64,000 bases of DNA from the human T2T-CHM13v2.0 reference genome, Homo sapiens (GCF_009914755.1 NC_060930.1), one strand, 5' to 3'; numbered from the stretch's first letter, positions 1-13,865 are shown. Translations and numbers: made by a program. The notes: generated by a model not told the origin, from the sequence alone.

Positions 1-2
1 GG

Positions 3-275
<273 letters not shown>

Positions 276-299
276 TTTCATTTTACTTTAAATGTATCC

Positions 300-470
300 A
301 ACCAAAGATCCATCCATCCACCCACCCACCCACTCACCCATCCATCCATCTATCGGTCCATCCGACAAACATTTATGGAGCAACTCCTACCTGCTAGGCA
401 AATTCGAGGCATTAGGAAATGCTAGGAAATAGCATCATTTCTGTCTTCAAGAAGCTTGACATTGATATTG
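300..470 (-). mobile_element. L2 3' end with (CCAT/CCAC)n tail
   Basis: (ccat)n followed by aaacatttatggagcaactcctacctgctaggc, resembling the antisense L2 3' terminus. Confidence 0.6.
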
Positions 471-1213
471 GGTTAATCCACAGGAAATGACACGAAATGC
501 CGAGAAGTCTGGCATTTTGATAGGCTGCTAAGAGAGATATTTATGTCTTTTTCAGGGGCTATTTCAAAACCTTTACATGGTAACACGAAAAGCACCCTCT
601 ACTTATTTAAAGACATGATTTCTTATACAGGTATTTAAAAAGAGCATGAAGCTGGGACATTCTAAGAGCCAAGAAGTTAGGAAGGCAGTGAAAGGGGAGT
701 AGGTATCGTGGATAAAAGTTAGAAGTTTAGGTAAAAATTGTGTGTCATAAGCTCTGCAGCTGGGACTTATCTGTCCTGCCCAAAACGAGCCAATAGTTGT
801 GCACCAAGGCTCCTCAGCACAGCATGAGGACGAGGTGATGATCAGATCCTTCTTTCTGGCTGCAGGACCCAGGGTGCTATTGCTGCAGCTGGCGAGGATG
901 ATCACAGCACTGTCCAGACATCTCCAATGAGTAAGGCACCTGTCCGATGGTGCTGCAATGCTCATTCTATTTCCAGCAAGTTATTAGAAAAATGTGCGTA
1001 ATCATTGTGTAAAATGCCAGCAGAGTTACCTTTGTGTGGTTTTTCTCACTTGAGATCTCAAAGTCAAGTCAAAATTCTTGAGGGGCTGTCCTTGTCCTTG
1101 GTAGCTGGATTCCCATCTCATTCAGTCCAATGTCTCCCACTACTTTCCAATGTGCAGCTTGGTTCTGTCAAGCTGCTCTCATTCTTCCTCACTAAAAATG
1201 ACCGAATTCCCTT

Positions 1214-1507
1214 GGCCAGGTGTGGTAGCTCACACCTGTAATCCCAGCACTTTGGGAGGCCGAGGCGGGTGGATCATGAGATCATGAGATCAGGAGTTGG
1301 CGACCAGCCTGACCAACATGATGAAACCCTGCCTCTACTAAAAATACAAAAATTAGCCTGCAATCCCAGCTACTCAGGAGGCTGAGGCAGGAGAATTGCT
1401 TGAACCCAGGAGGTGGAGGTGAGCCAAGATCATGCCACTGCACTCCAGTTTGGGCAACAGAGTGAGACTCTGTCTCAAAAAAACAAAACAAAACAAAACA
1501 AAACAAC
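1214..1507 (+). mobile_element. AluS with internal indels
   Basis: ggccaggtgtggtagctcacacctgtaatcccagc...; (CAAAA)n tail; two small deletions and an 8 bp duplication. Confidence 0.95.
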
Positions 1508-1779
1508 CTCATTTCCACCTCGAGGCTTTCACTCCCCCTTCTCCCCCTTGATTAGTTACTTCTTTTTCCTTTCTCCCATACTTTTCTGGCTCCACTTAAA
1601 ACTTCTTCAGTGAAGCATTCCAGAATTGCTTCACATCCTTTAATAACCTCTATTTCCCCCTGTGAATTTCCAGGCTACTGTGCACATAATTTGGATTACA
1701 CAATTTAGTCTTTGATTACATATTGCATTGCAACGCTGGCTAGTTATTTTATGTGCTGGTGTGGTTAACTGATCGAGTA

Positions 1780-1860
1780 GGAAGCTTCCTGCTCCTTTCC
1801 TGCACATGTCCCGGCACCCAGCACAGTGCTGAGGATATAGTAGGTATCCAACGTTTGTAC
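1780..1860 (+). mobile_element. L2 3' end fragment
   Basis: cccagcacagtgctgaggatatagtaggtatccaacgtttg resembles the L2 3' terminus. Confidence 0.45.
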
Positions 1861-3279
1861 CAGTACATCTAGTATATACATTATTGCAGGTATGGATCCC
1901 AGCTTTTCAAAGTCTGAAGCTTATACAATTTGAAGAAGCCTTTTCCTGAAAGGAAAAGAAAAAGACTACAAGATGACGAATACAAAATCAGGAGCCAAAA
2001 TGAATATTTCGTGAATACATCGCCAAGGCCGCATTTTGGGGAAGAAGTCTTCACAGGAGAGAGACTCTGGAGCTCCAGCAGCTCTGAAATGGACAAATCT
2101 AGAGGTGTTTTTGGTCTTCACAATCCGTCTTCTCCATCTGTCACATACAAACTGAACATCAGGCCTCATTCTCTCTCCCAATGGCGAACCTTCCCTACCT
2201 TGGTAAACTGGCAAGGACCTCCCCTGATTTAGTCTGCGCCAGCTCATAGGACTGGGTGTGTAATTGCTAGGGAGGAAAATGGTGGTTGACAATTAAGCAT
2301 CAACAGTGTCATTGATCTTTTGGGGAAGAGAAGAGGAGCTTGTAACAGCCAAAGTATCTACACATTTTTGTATTGTGTATTTATTCTATAAATGTATTTA
2401 TGCCTTATATGGCATATGTCATTTAAACTGGAACAGGCAGAGTGTCAAGAGGCCAGGGCTGTATATTTATCATCTGAGCACGGTGCAGGGGGCTGAGCCA
2501 TTTCCTCTCCATCTAAGCTGTTTTTTGGAATCTGACCAGCTGGTGTCACTATGGGACCGTGAATACAGGCATCTTCAGAGCTCTAGGAGTAGAAGAATTT
2601 TGGATTGGCGTTGTGGCCCTGGGAAAGGTAACCTTCCTCCCACCCAGCACGAGCCTCCGCCCGACCTCCTCTCTCCCTGTGCCTGCATAGTTTATAAAAT
2701 TGAGAACTAGCGGACGGATTTAATTTTGATGGAGAATTACCTGTAGGCAAGAGGGCAATCAAACCCATACTGTTAAGGGGCGGGGGGACAAAGGTAATGA
2801 ATCTGTTCTGTACGTTTAGCAAATGGAGAGTGTCAGGCTAATAATCCGTCAGCTCCTTTTTCCTATGCAATAAGCTTCCGTTACATCTTGTTAGGTACTA
2901 CGAACTCAGCACTATCTATAAGGGGCTGATTAACCAAGCAGTGCCTTTTCCAAGCTTCTCATTTCCTGTGTCCTTTCTGCCACCTGCCCTTCATCTATTT
3001 GGACCATCAAGGAGTCCCAGGTGAAAAGGGGATTTCAAATCAGTCTCTCAGTCACCAAGTTTTAGCAAATTATGGAGGTTTGGTATGGGAGAAGCTCGAG
3101 AATAAAAGCTGAGAAGTGCTTTGGAATTCACTGCAGGTAGAAGGCATCTCTGCCTGCGTTTCCTGTCACTATTGCGAATCATGTACAGTCTTTCATGGAC
3201 CACGGGGGATCAGATAAAGCTCTCCGAGTTTAAATTTCGTTAAAAGAAGAGTCCTGCTGACCCAGGGTCGTTAACTGGC

Positions 3280-3683
3280 TATCCCCAGTTTGCCAAGGCT
3301 GCCATAATGAAGTACCACAGACCGAGCGGTGTCAACAGCAGACATTTATTTCCTGACAGTTCTGGAGGCTGGAAGTCCAAGAGGAAGGTGCAGGCAGGGC
3401 TGGGTTCTGGTGAGGCCTCTGTCCTTGTCTTGTAGATGGCACCTTCTCACTCTGTCCTCATGTGGTCTTACCTTTGTGTGCTCCCATCCCTGCTACCCCT
3501 TCCATGTCCACATTTCCTCTTCTTACAAAGACACAAGTTAGCTTCGATTAGGGCTCACCCCACTGGCCTCATTTAACCTAATCACCTCTTTAAAGGCTCT
3601 GTCTTCAAATACATCTCATTCTGAGGTACTAGGGGTTAGGGCTTCAACATAAGAATTTGGGGGAAACATAATTTAACCTCTAC
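3280..3683 (-). mobile_element. MLT1B/C-type ERVL-MaLR solo LTR
   Basis: cagttctggaggctggaagtccaag ... cattctgaggtactaggggttagggcttcaacat. Confidence 0.85.
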
Positions 3684-3767
3684 CCCTGTCCCCATCCCTT
3701 CACTGGTCTGGATTGAAGTTGACCAGCTTGAGATGCTGATTATCTGACTGAAATGTGTCTCCTTGGC

Positions 3768-4050
3768 TTTTATTTTATTTTATTATTATTTTTTGAGACA
3801 GGGTCTGGCTCTGTCACCCAGGCTGGAGTGCAGTGATGCGATCTCGGCTCACTGCAGCCTCTACCTCCTGGATTCAAGTGATTCTCGTGCCTCAGCCTCC
3901 TGAGTAGCTGGGACCACAAGTGTGCACCACCACGCCTGGCTAACTTTTTGTAATTTTTGTAGAGATGAGGTTTTGCCATGTTGCCCAGGCTGGTTTCAAA
4001 CTCCTAGGCTCAACCAATTCACCTGCCTCAGCCTCCCAAAATGCTGGCAT
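3768..4050 (-). mobile_element. AluJ
   Basis: Antisense Alu with J-type gagacagggtct, cactgcagcctc, gttgcccaggct, ctaggctcaa. Confidence 0.93.
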
Positions 4051-4311
4051 TCCCTTCAGCTTTTACGTGCCATTCTGAGTAGCATGGTTCATACTTGCCA
4101 ACAGCCCATGATCCTCCTCTTCAGAACCATGAGAACATAAAGAATTTCTTCTTGATGCCCAGAGACCCTTCCTGAAGACCACAGAACCTGGGAGGACAGA
4201 GGGACCTGTTCAGGTGACAGGACCTAGGGCCTTGCCCAGGGTTCCTAAAGAGTTTTTGATTGATCCCAGGGTTCCCTAGCTTGGTCTTCTTTCTTTTGTC
4301 TTCAGGCTTTT

Positions 4312-4565
4312 GCTGGAGTGCACTGGTGCGATCTCAGCTCCCGCAACCTCTGCCTCCTGGGTTCAAGCAATTCTCATGCCTCAGCCTCCCGAGTAGCTGA
4401 GATTACAAATATGTGCCACCACACCCGACTAATTTTTGTATTTTTAGTAGACATGGAGTTTCACCATGTTAGCCAGGCTGGTCTTGACCTCCTGGCCTCA
4501 AAAGATCTGCCCACCTCAGCCTCCCAATGTGCTGGGATTACAGGTGCGAGCCACCGCGACCAGTC
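4312..4565 (-). mobile_element. Alu (S/J) lacking 3' end and poly(A)
   Basis: Starts at gctggagtg; flanked by direct repeat gtcttcaggcttt (4298-4310, 4563-4575). Confidence 0.92.
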
Positions 4566-4933
4566 TTCAGGCTTTAGATATGCATTTTAAAGAAATTTTT
4601 CTGCCAAGATGTTGTAAAGTTAACGTATTGAAAATAAAGTTGATGCAAAAATAATTGAATTCACAATGTATTTTTGCTATGCAGTACAGAAAGCTTTCAC
4701 CTTTTACCACATAAAAATAAAGCAATACAAATTAAAATAATGTGCAGATATATGCTCTTATCAAATTAGCAAGTAATAATGTTCATGCTAGAAAATTTAG
4801 AAAGTATAAATAAACAAAAGGAAGAAAAATCAATTATATATAGCTCTTAATATAGGGTTATTTATCTCTACTTCTTTTTAGGTATAAACATATTTTACAA
4901 AAAAAAAGAGAGAAAGATTATACTATATACTGC

Positions 4934-5225
4934 TTTTTTTTTTTTTTTTTTTTTTTGCTGGATGGAGTCTTGCTTTGTCGCCCAAGCTGGAGAGCAGTAG
5001 TGCCAACCTCCGCCTCCCATGTTCAAGTGATTCTCTCACCTCAGCTGCCCGAGTAGCTGGGATTACAAGCATGCACCACCACATCCAGCTAATTTTTGTA
5101 TTTTTAGTGGAGATGGGGTTTCGCCATGTTGGCCAGGTTGGTCTTGAACTCCTGACCTCAGGTGATCCACCCGCCTTGGCCTCTCAAAGTGCTGGGATTA
5201 TAGGTGTGAGCCACTGTGCCTGTCC
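4934..5225 (-). mobile_element. AluSx/Sz
   Basis: Poly-T, antisense dimer, ~15 bp internal deletion, TSD ac(t/c)gctttt. Confidence 0.94.
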
Positions 5226-5314
5226 ACCGCTTTTTAACAAAGAGAAAAAAATTAACTAAACCACCCCCCAACCAAATTAGCAACTTAATGGAATTAATGA
5301 ATCCAGTTGTGTAT

Positions 5315-5450
5315 ACAATAAATGTTGCTTGCCTACCATACCAGCACTGTTCTAGGGCTGGAGACATGGGGGTGAACAAAATAGACAAAGTCTCTTGCAC
5401 TCACATTCTAGTGGAGAGACATAAACAACAAGTAGCAAATCAATATGTGC
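5315..5450 (-). mobile_element. L2 fragment
   Basis: ccagcactgttctagggctggagacat...gtgaacaaaatagacaaagtctct...cacattctagtgg. Confidence 0.7.
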
Positions 5451-5926
5451 AGCATATCATGGATTCCAAATGCATACACATTTTTAGAGCATCTCTGATA
5501 CTGGGATGCATCTTAGGGTCACTGTTGGTCTGTAATGGTCACTGCCTGAAAAGTGTGACATCGAAAACTTCAGGATAGGTGTCAAGAGCATGGAAGACAA
5601 TCCCAGAGACAATATGGCCCACTCTTTTAGTGTCTATGAACAAATGGTTCTGGGGTGGAAGTCGGGGCAGCAATGAATTAGCAGAATGTAGCAACCTCCT
5701 GGAAGCGGCAGTTAAGTCGTGCTGCACTGCATTGTGCATAGCTGGCCAGGAGGCCAGCACCGGTGGCTTTATGGTCTCTTATGAATTTATTTTAAGAAAT
5801 GCTGCAAAACCAATGATCTTAAGCTACCTAAGATGACATTGTTTGGCAAAATGTAAACATAAGACAGCTGTAAGTCAAAAAATGAGTCACATGAGTGGGA
5901 TTCTGTGAGAAAGTTTTAAGAATATC

Positions 5927-6253
<327 letters not shown>

Positions 6254-6569
6254 TAACTGATCTATTTCATGTCTTCAAAATGCATGCACAGAGGTGATAC
6301 ATGATAAAATCTATCCCCAGTCAGGTCTAGAAAAGCTCTTTTAATGAGCATAAAGTGATTGTCTATGCAGTAAGAAAGCATGGTGTCCTTGTTGAGTTAG
6401 TAGTGGTTTTTCTCTTAGTGGTATATAAAACGTGGCAGCGTGTCACAACCCACAGTGTCTTAGATTTTCTGAAATATGGTGGTCCATTAGGCAGTGATAA
6501 GTGGCTCAGATAAATTTAAGGTAAACTTGGAAGCAACCAGCTGGACAAATTGATTTGCATGGTGGGATG

Positions 6570-6720
6570 TGGAACTCAGCTGGTTCACTGCAGAACCAGG
6601 AGCAGCTGTGTTTTCATCCTGGCTCTCCTGTGAAGTTCCTGGGTGATTCTGGGGAAATCCTTTAATTTCTCCCAGTCTTAGCTTCCTCATCGGCCAAATG
6701 ATGCAATCCTGCTTATTTGG
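6570..6720 (+). mobile_element. MIR
   Basis: MIR core-like tttaatttctcccagtcttagcttcctcatcggccaaatg. Confidence 0.6.
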
Positions 6721-7246
6721 TAGGGGGTGAAATTGATGGTCAGGTGATTTATGGGTAACAAAGGTTACCTAAGATCATCCTGAGGGTCTGTGCTTGGTGC
6801 TGGGAGTATAGCACTGAAGAAGGCAGAGATGGTACCACTCCTTCAGGGGATAACATTTGATGACATACCGATCCAGTTTCTCTCGTATCCAGGGGACATT
6901 TTCTGGTTCTTTCTGCTTTCTCTGCCCAACTAATAAAAAGTAGTGTGCAATGTGTCAGGAAGTGTGTGAGCATTTTTCATCACTCATTTAAGCCATGTTT
7001 GAAAGAAATAAGTGGACACAATTAAATTGATTTTTAAGACCTGAGAATTGTTTGATTCATTTAACATTTGTATTGGGCCTTGGCAAAACTGTAAAACAAA
7101 AAGAAGTTGACCTTCAGAAGGCCAAATATCATTTTGGATAAATTTCCTCTTAGTGTTGTGGATATAACCTTTTAAGGAACTAGTGCCTCTAATTCCTTCA
7201 CCCCGTCCTTTTCCTACTCTCCCTCCATCTACATATTTGTGTTTTC

Positions 7247-7560
<314 letters not shown>

Positions 7561-8929
7561 CATTTGTGTTTTCAAATTTTGCTTTTGGGAGCTAGCTTAT
7601 ACTAAGTGGTAAATGACTAATAAAAGTCTTGAAGTGCAACCCTTCTGAAATGTTTGCATTTTAACTGGGATCAGTGCTTTGAGGTAAAAAATATATATAT
7701 TCTAAACATGGATTTCAGGTCATAATCCTTAAATAAATAACTTGATTTCCATCCACCTCCCCCATCATCCTTCTCCCCTCCTGAGGGCTGTGTAGGAATA
7801 CTTAAACCATCACAGTTATGATTGCTTACTTTGCTTTCAATTAAGGTTGCTTCTATTTAGGAGGAAGTTTTGTTGTTTTTGTTGTTGTTCTATTTGTTTC
7901 TTATTACGGTTAATTATCAAATATCTCTGAAACTCAAACACATTTTTAAGGAAAACCTCTTCCTTAACTCTTAACAGCAAAGGCCCTATGTCTAACCCCA
8001 GAGAGTTATATTTTACATTTAATTTATTTGAGTGCCTCTTATCTATGTGTTGGAATATGCCCTTGCATTTTTTTTAAAAAGTAAGAATAATACAAATGTA
8101 AAATAACATACTTTATTGATATTCCTAATTCTCATGTCTGATTCATTTTATTTAAGGAAAAAAATTGTGATTCCTTGATTTAACCATAAGAGTGGCCTTT
8201 TTTTGAGTTTAAAAGAATTTCTCTCTCTCTTTGCTATTAACACCGTCTGACAGAATTTTAGCCAACAAGCAGCGCCTGTCATCTTGAACAGTGACGGATG
8301 TTTGTTATAGCCCAGGCTTGACTAATATTATCTGTGCAACTATGTTTTTATCATCAAGTCAGCCTAATTTGATGTGAGTTTTGGGAAAGAATGTTCTCAA
8401 CACTGAACAACGACCAAATAAAACCACTTTTATTTGGTTAACCAAGGTTTAATCAATAAACACATCAGCATTAAATTTGCTGCACTGCCCTGTGTTGTAA
8501 CGTGGTTGTTCCCTCTCTCTGGTTATGTATTTTGTCACTTATGGAATGGAAGTTCACTGTGCATAGCAGTTCTGGCACTTGGGAAACAGAGGCACATGGA
8601 TAAAGGCCTCTTTTTTAGCTTGAATTCTAGGGACATTTAGCCAGGTTCTGTCTTTGCTCTATGGGCTTCAGTAAAGAGCAGTGGTTGAGAGAAATAGCCT
8701 GTCTTTGCTGATCCTGCAGCTGAAGAGGGATGACAGCAGGGAGAAAGGAATCAAGAACTGCCTTTCCTGTGGAAACACTAACCATTTCAACAGCATGAGC
8801 GTCACAGTGCAATCCGGATGGAAGAAGCCATTGCGTTAACTGATAACGATCCACCTCCGTTCTCTTCAAAGTGATTTCTTTTTCCTCTTGGACTCCCATC
8901 AGGGAGCAAAGAGTGAAGGGACTTCAGGT

Positions 8930-9080
8930 TCATTTAATGTTTACTATGCCTCAAGCGTTTCCTTTGATGTCAGTATCATTCCTCTCATTTTACAACTGAG
9001 GAAATACTGGGCTCAAAAGGGTTAAATCACTTGTCCAAGGTCACATAGATGTCAATAGAAGAACTAAGTTTTTGATTCCT
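8930..9080 (-). mobile_element. MIR
   Basis: cattttacaactgaggaaatactgggctcaaaagggttaaatcacttgtccaaggtcaca. Confidence 0.75.
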
Positions 9081-9217
9081 AAAATATATATAATTTTCAA
9101 ATTATTATATATATTATTATGTACATATAAAATTATGTATATAATTTTCTAATATACATATTAGAAAATTGCACTACTTATTTGTATAGATAACAGTCCA
9201 TATTTGTAGAACTTTAA

Positions 9218-9510
<293 letters not shown>

Positions 9511-10689
9511 GTATTATAGGATTTAAAAAAAAAAACAAAAAACCTTACATGCCTTAAAGGTAGAAGCTACCATTAGAAACTTTTGGAAAAGTGGAAGACG
9601 AGTGGCCTTTGTAATTAAACATAACTGGGCTTGAAGCCCTCAGCTAGCGGTGCGGCATTGTGTGACAATGATTTTCCCTCCCCCAACCTCATATTCTTCA
9701 TTCATAACAGGAGAATGCTTCCACTAAGAAATTGTGGACACTCTATAAATGTTACCTTGGGATAATTCTAAACATGTCACATGCATTGATCACAATGAAG
9801 GAACTTTTTTTAAGTATGTTCAATATTTCTTTAAGGTGTTATTTAATTAATCCCCACACTTCTGTAATGTTCATGTATGAAATTTGGGCAGAGAAGTCGA
9901 GTTGATAATATGCCCTATTAATAAAACAGGGTCAAATTTAATAGACTAGAATGTAAAGATGGGAAAAAATTGTAGTTTTCCTTATTGTTTTTAGTTGAAC
10001 GTGCATAAGTCAGCCTCCATTCTCATAGATGACAGAAAGACACATTTGACAAGTAAAGATAATGGTCTTTTTCTCTTTAAAATCATCCCTTCCAGATAAA
10101 TTGGTTCAATTAATAAACTTCAGATTCCCTTTCAGGGTCTTTCCTCCCACTCATCCTTCCCACAATGTCACCTGAATGAAAGGAGAAGCTCATGAATTTC
10201 TGGGGAGTTGAGACGCCCTCTCCTTCCTGGTCACTTTGTACCCTGCACAGGGACCTGCTTAAGTGTGTTAGGTCCTGTGTGGCATCCTCCTGGTGCCTGC
10301 TGGGGAATTCTGTTCTCCTGAACTCTGAGATGTCTTTGGACAGACCCCAGACCTCCTCAGGCCATTGGTTCCCTCGGCACTTTCATATGAGAGTCTGTTG
10401 AGGGAAGCAGGGTAGTTAGGCAGTGAGTACACAGCATAACATGCTACGATGGAGGAAGCACTCCGTGTCAGGAACACCATCTCTATGAAAATGGAAGGTC
10501 CAAAAACAGTCATTACTTTGCTTTTGCCGGAACCCAGGTGACTTCCAGCATCAATGTAGAAATCAGGGGTGCTGAACCCAGACTCTGCTTTCTGAGAAAT
10601 CTTCCTGGGAAAACTGGCTCTCGAGCTGCAAGCTGAAGGAGGTACAGGAGGCAGCTGGCCAGACCAAGGGTTTTGGGAGTTGGGGATGG

Positions 10690-11310
10690 AAAGGAGGAGC
10701 GCACGTGTGAATCAGAGACTCTAGCATGTGAGAGGGCCCTGAGGGAAGCTTTTTTGAGAAACCGAAAGGTGGGGGCTGGTGTGGTGGCTCACGCCTGTAG
10801 TCCCAGCACTTTGAGAGCCCAAGGCGGGCAGATGGCTTGAACCCTGGAGTTGGAGACCAGCCTGGGCAACACGGTGAAACACCATCTCTACAAAAAATTT
10901 AAAAATTAGCTGGGCAGGGTGGCATGTGCCAGGAGTCTCAGCTACCTGGGAGGCTGAGGTGGGAGGATCGCCTGAGCCCAGGAAGTCAAGGCTGCAGTGA
11001 GCCATGATTGTTCCACTGCTCCACTCCAGCCTGGGTGACAGAGCAAGACTCTGTCTCAAAAAAAAAAAAAAAAAAAAAAAAAAAAGAAAGAAGGGTGGGG
11101 TACCATGTGTGTGGGTGGAGCTGGAAGCGTCATGCAACCAGGCTGAAGGAGGAAGCTGGGATCAAGTTAAGAAGGGCCTTCGTAACCATGGTAACATTGG
11201 TCACCATAGCCAGTCACTGTCAAGAGCACTGGGAAGCCACAGAAGTCTTGGAAGCAAAGGAATGACACGATCCCCTTTGTGGGAAGATGACTGAGCTGTA
11301 GGTACACGAT
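10690..11310 (-). mobile_element. L2 fragment interrupted by AluJ
   Basis: agcatgtgagagggccctgagg...; cactgggaagccacagaagtcttggaagcaaaggaatgacacgatc. Confidence 0.55.
10774..11089 (+). mobile_element. AluJ
   Basis: gggaggatcgcctgagcccaggaagtcaaggctgcagtgagccatgatt; poly(A); TSD gaa(a/g)ggtgggg. Confidence 0.95.
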
Positions 11311-11749
11311 GGATCTGAGGGCCTGTTGTAAGAGTCTAGGAATTTATTAGAAGAAAGATATGATTAGCTTAACAAAATCTCATTTTTATGGCACGGGTTG
11401 GTATCCAAGATCATGAAAAAGAATTCCCATTTTTTTTTTCTGAAAACATGGAAATCAACAACATACACTAAAATATTATCAGAAGAGTACTCTATTTTAA
11501 CATATGGATAATTTTATATTCTATATATTCCATATAATATATTTTAAAATCCATGGCTCTTTCCATCCACACTCCATTGAAAATAAATTATGAAATTATT
11601 GAAAAATAAATTATGATACTAAAAAACTCAATGAATAATAACTTAAAGATTAAAATGCATACATTTAAAATCTTGTCAACTGGTCCATTACTGTAGGAGC
11701 TCTTATTAAGGTTCACATATATGCACCATCTTTCCCGGGCTCAGATCAT

Positions 11750-11880
11750 AATCCCCCATGTTCATGTGACGTGTTTTAGACAATAAAAATGTTCAGAAGA
11801 GACATGTGATGCTGTAAGACACTGAGATTTGGGGGACAGTTTGCTACCCTAGCATAACCTGGTCTATTCTGGTGAATGTA
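11750..11880 (+). mobile_element. Old MLT1 LTR 3' fragment
   Basis: taagacactgagatttggggg...gtttgctaccctagcataacctggtctattctggtgaatgta. Confidence 0.6.
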
Positions 11881-13329
11881 ACTCTATTACATCATAAAAT
11901 AATATACCAAACATGGAATTTTAAAGTATCTCAATCTCTTATACAAATGGAAAATCTGAAAACAGTAGTTAACTTGCTTTGGCTGGCACCCAGGTGACTT
12001 CTTGATGAAAATGAATGCTTCCTAGTCTTTTAGGTGTGCCAGCGATGGGAAAACTGAGAATGATGAGGAAGCGAAGGAAAAAAAGAAGAGAAGTCTTCCT
12101 CCAGACGTGGCTTGGGAGCTTCCCATTATCTCTTCCATCTCCCTTCCCCAGCATCCTATCTCAATCTCATTAAGCTTAGCAGGAGACACATTGGAAGAAT
12201 TTCCCTTGAAGAAATATTACTTGTTACTTTCCAATAAGTAGACTAAATGGATTTAGCACCTGGGCAGTTTGTGCTAAGATGCTTATCAGCCCGAGCTGAT
12301 CTGTTCACAAGTTCTGAGCACTATGCGGGGGGATATCCAAATCCTGTTTACAGGTGCTTGAATGACACAACCGTGAACAATAATTTCAGTGAAAGTGTGC
12401 AAAAGTCGAGCCACCAAAATGCATCTTTTTTTATAGTACTGTATCAGTAATTTTGCCCTATTTAAGTCATTATAACATTTAAATTCTGGCATCTCATTGT
12501 ATCAAAATGCTTTGGATGCCTGTTCATTAAAATTCTCTGCATGTTATTCATCAGTATCGTAAATGAGTTGGTTCTTGGTAGTGATGTTAACATGCTTCAC
12601 CTTTATTCTGTGTTCTTTTATTCCTTTCCCTGTATCGATGTGTTGCAAGGCTTTGTCTCTAAAATGCTAATAGAATTGTTACTGGAGGAAGCAGCAGCTA
12701 CAGAAACAGGCTCTGATCTTTTGGTGCAGCTCTAGTTCCTACACCAGCAACAATTGAAAAATTAGAAAGCAAGCTCTGCACAACTGATGACTTGATAAGC
12801 AAAGTGCAAAGACAGGCACAAAACAGGCCAAAACATTTGCTGCTTCAAGAATAGAAAAGAAAAATAATAATACAAAAAAAATAGTAAAGATTTGGGATTG
12901 GGGTTTTTCACCTAAGGAGAAAAGCTTTGTCTTTTCTGCAGATTTCACCAGTCACTGACATTATAAGCGAATAGTGACATTTAGTAAAATGGTAAATGAA
13001 GGGAATCAAATTTACGGTTGCATGTTACTTATGACTATGTAGATTATAAGGGGAGGTTGTATGGTTTCCTTAGGTTCTTTGGAGGGAAGTCTACAGTCAA
13101 GTTTATGAAATGGAAATATGGCCCACGAGGAATAACCTCTCCTACAGCACAGGGAGGCCTGTTTCCTACTAGAAACCTTCTTCCTGTTTTTCACGTTTTT
13201 AGTCATTTTATCTAACTATTCATTTATTGTGCCCAAAATTATTTGAAGCAGTTTATGAATATTTGGCTTTTAGATTGAAAAAAAAAACCTACATGGTCAT
13301 GAAATGTAAATTATTATTGAAAGTCCTAA

Positions 13330-13698
<369 letters not shown>

Positions 13699-13865
13699 AG
13701 AGATACATTAAATATCTCTTATTAATATCATCGGTGTTTGTCTAGGGTTATCATCCACAAATGAAGCAAGCCAACCACCACCTTCAAAAGGCAGGATGTC
13801 TTACAATTGATTCATTATAAAAAAAAATTTAAATAAATAAAAATAAAAATAAAAAAATAAAAAAA

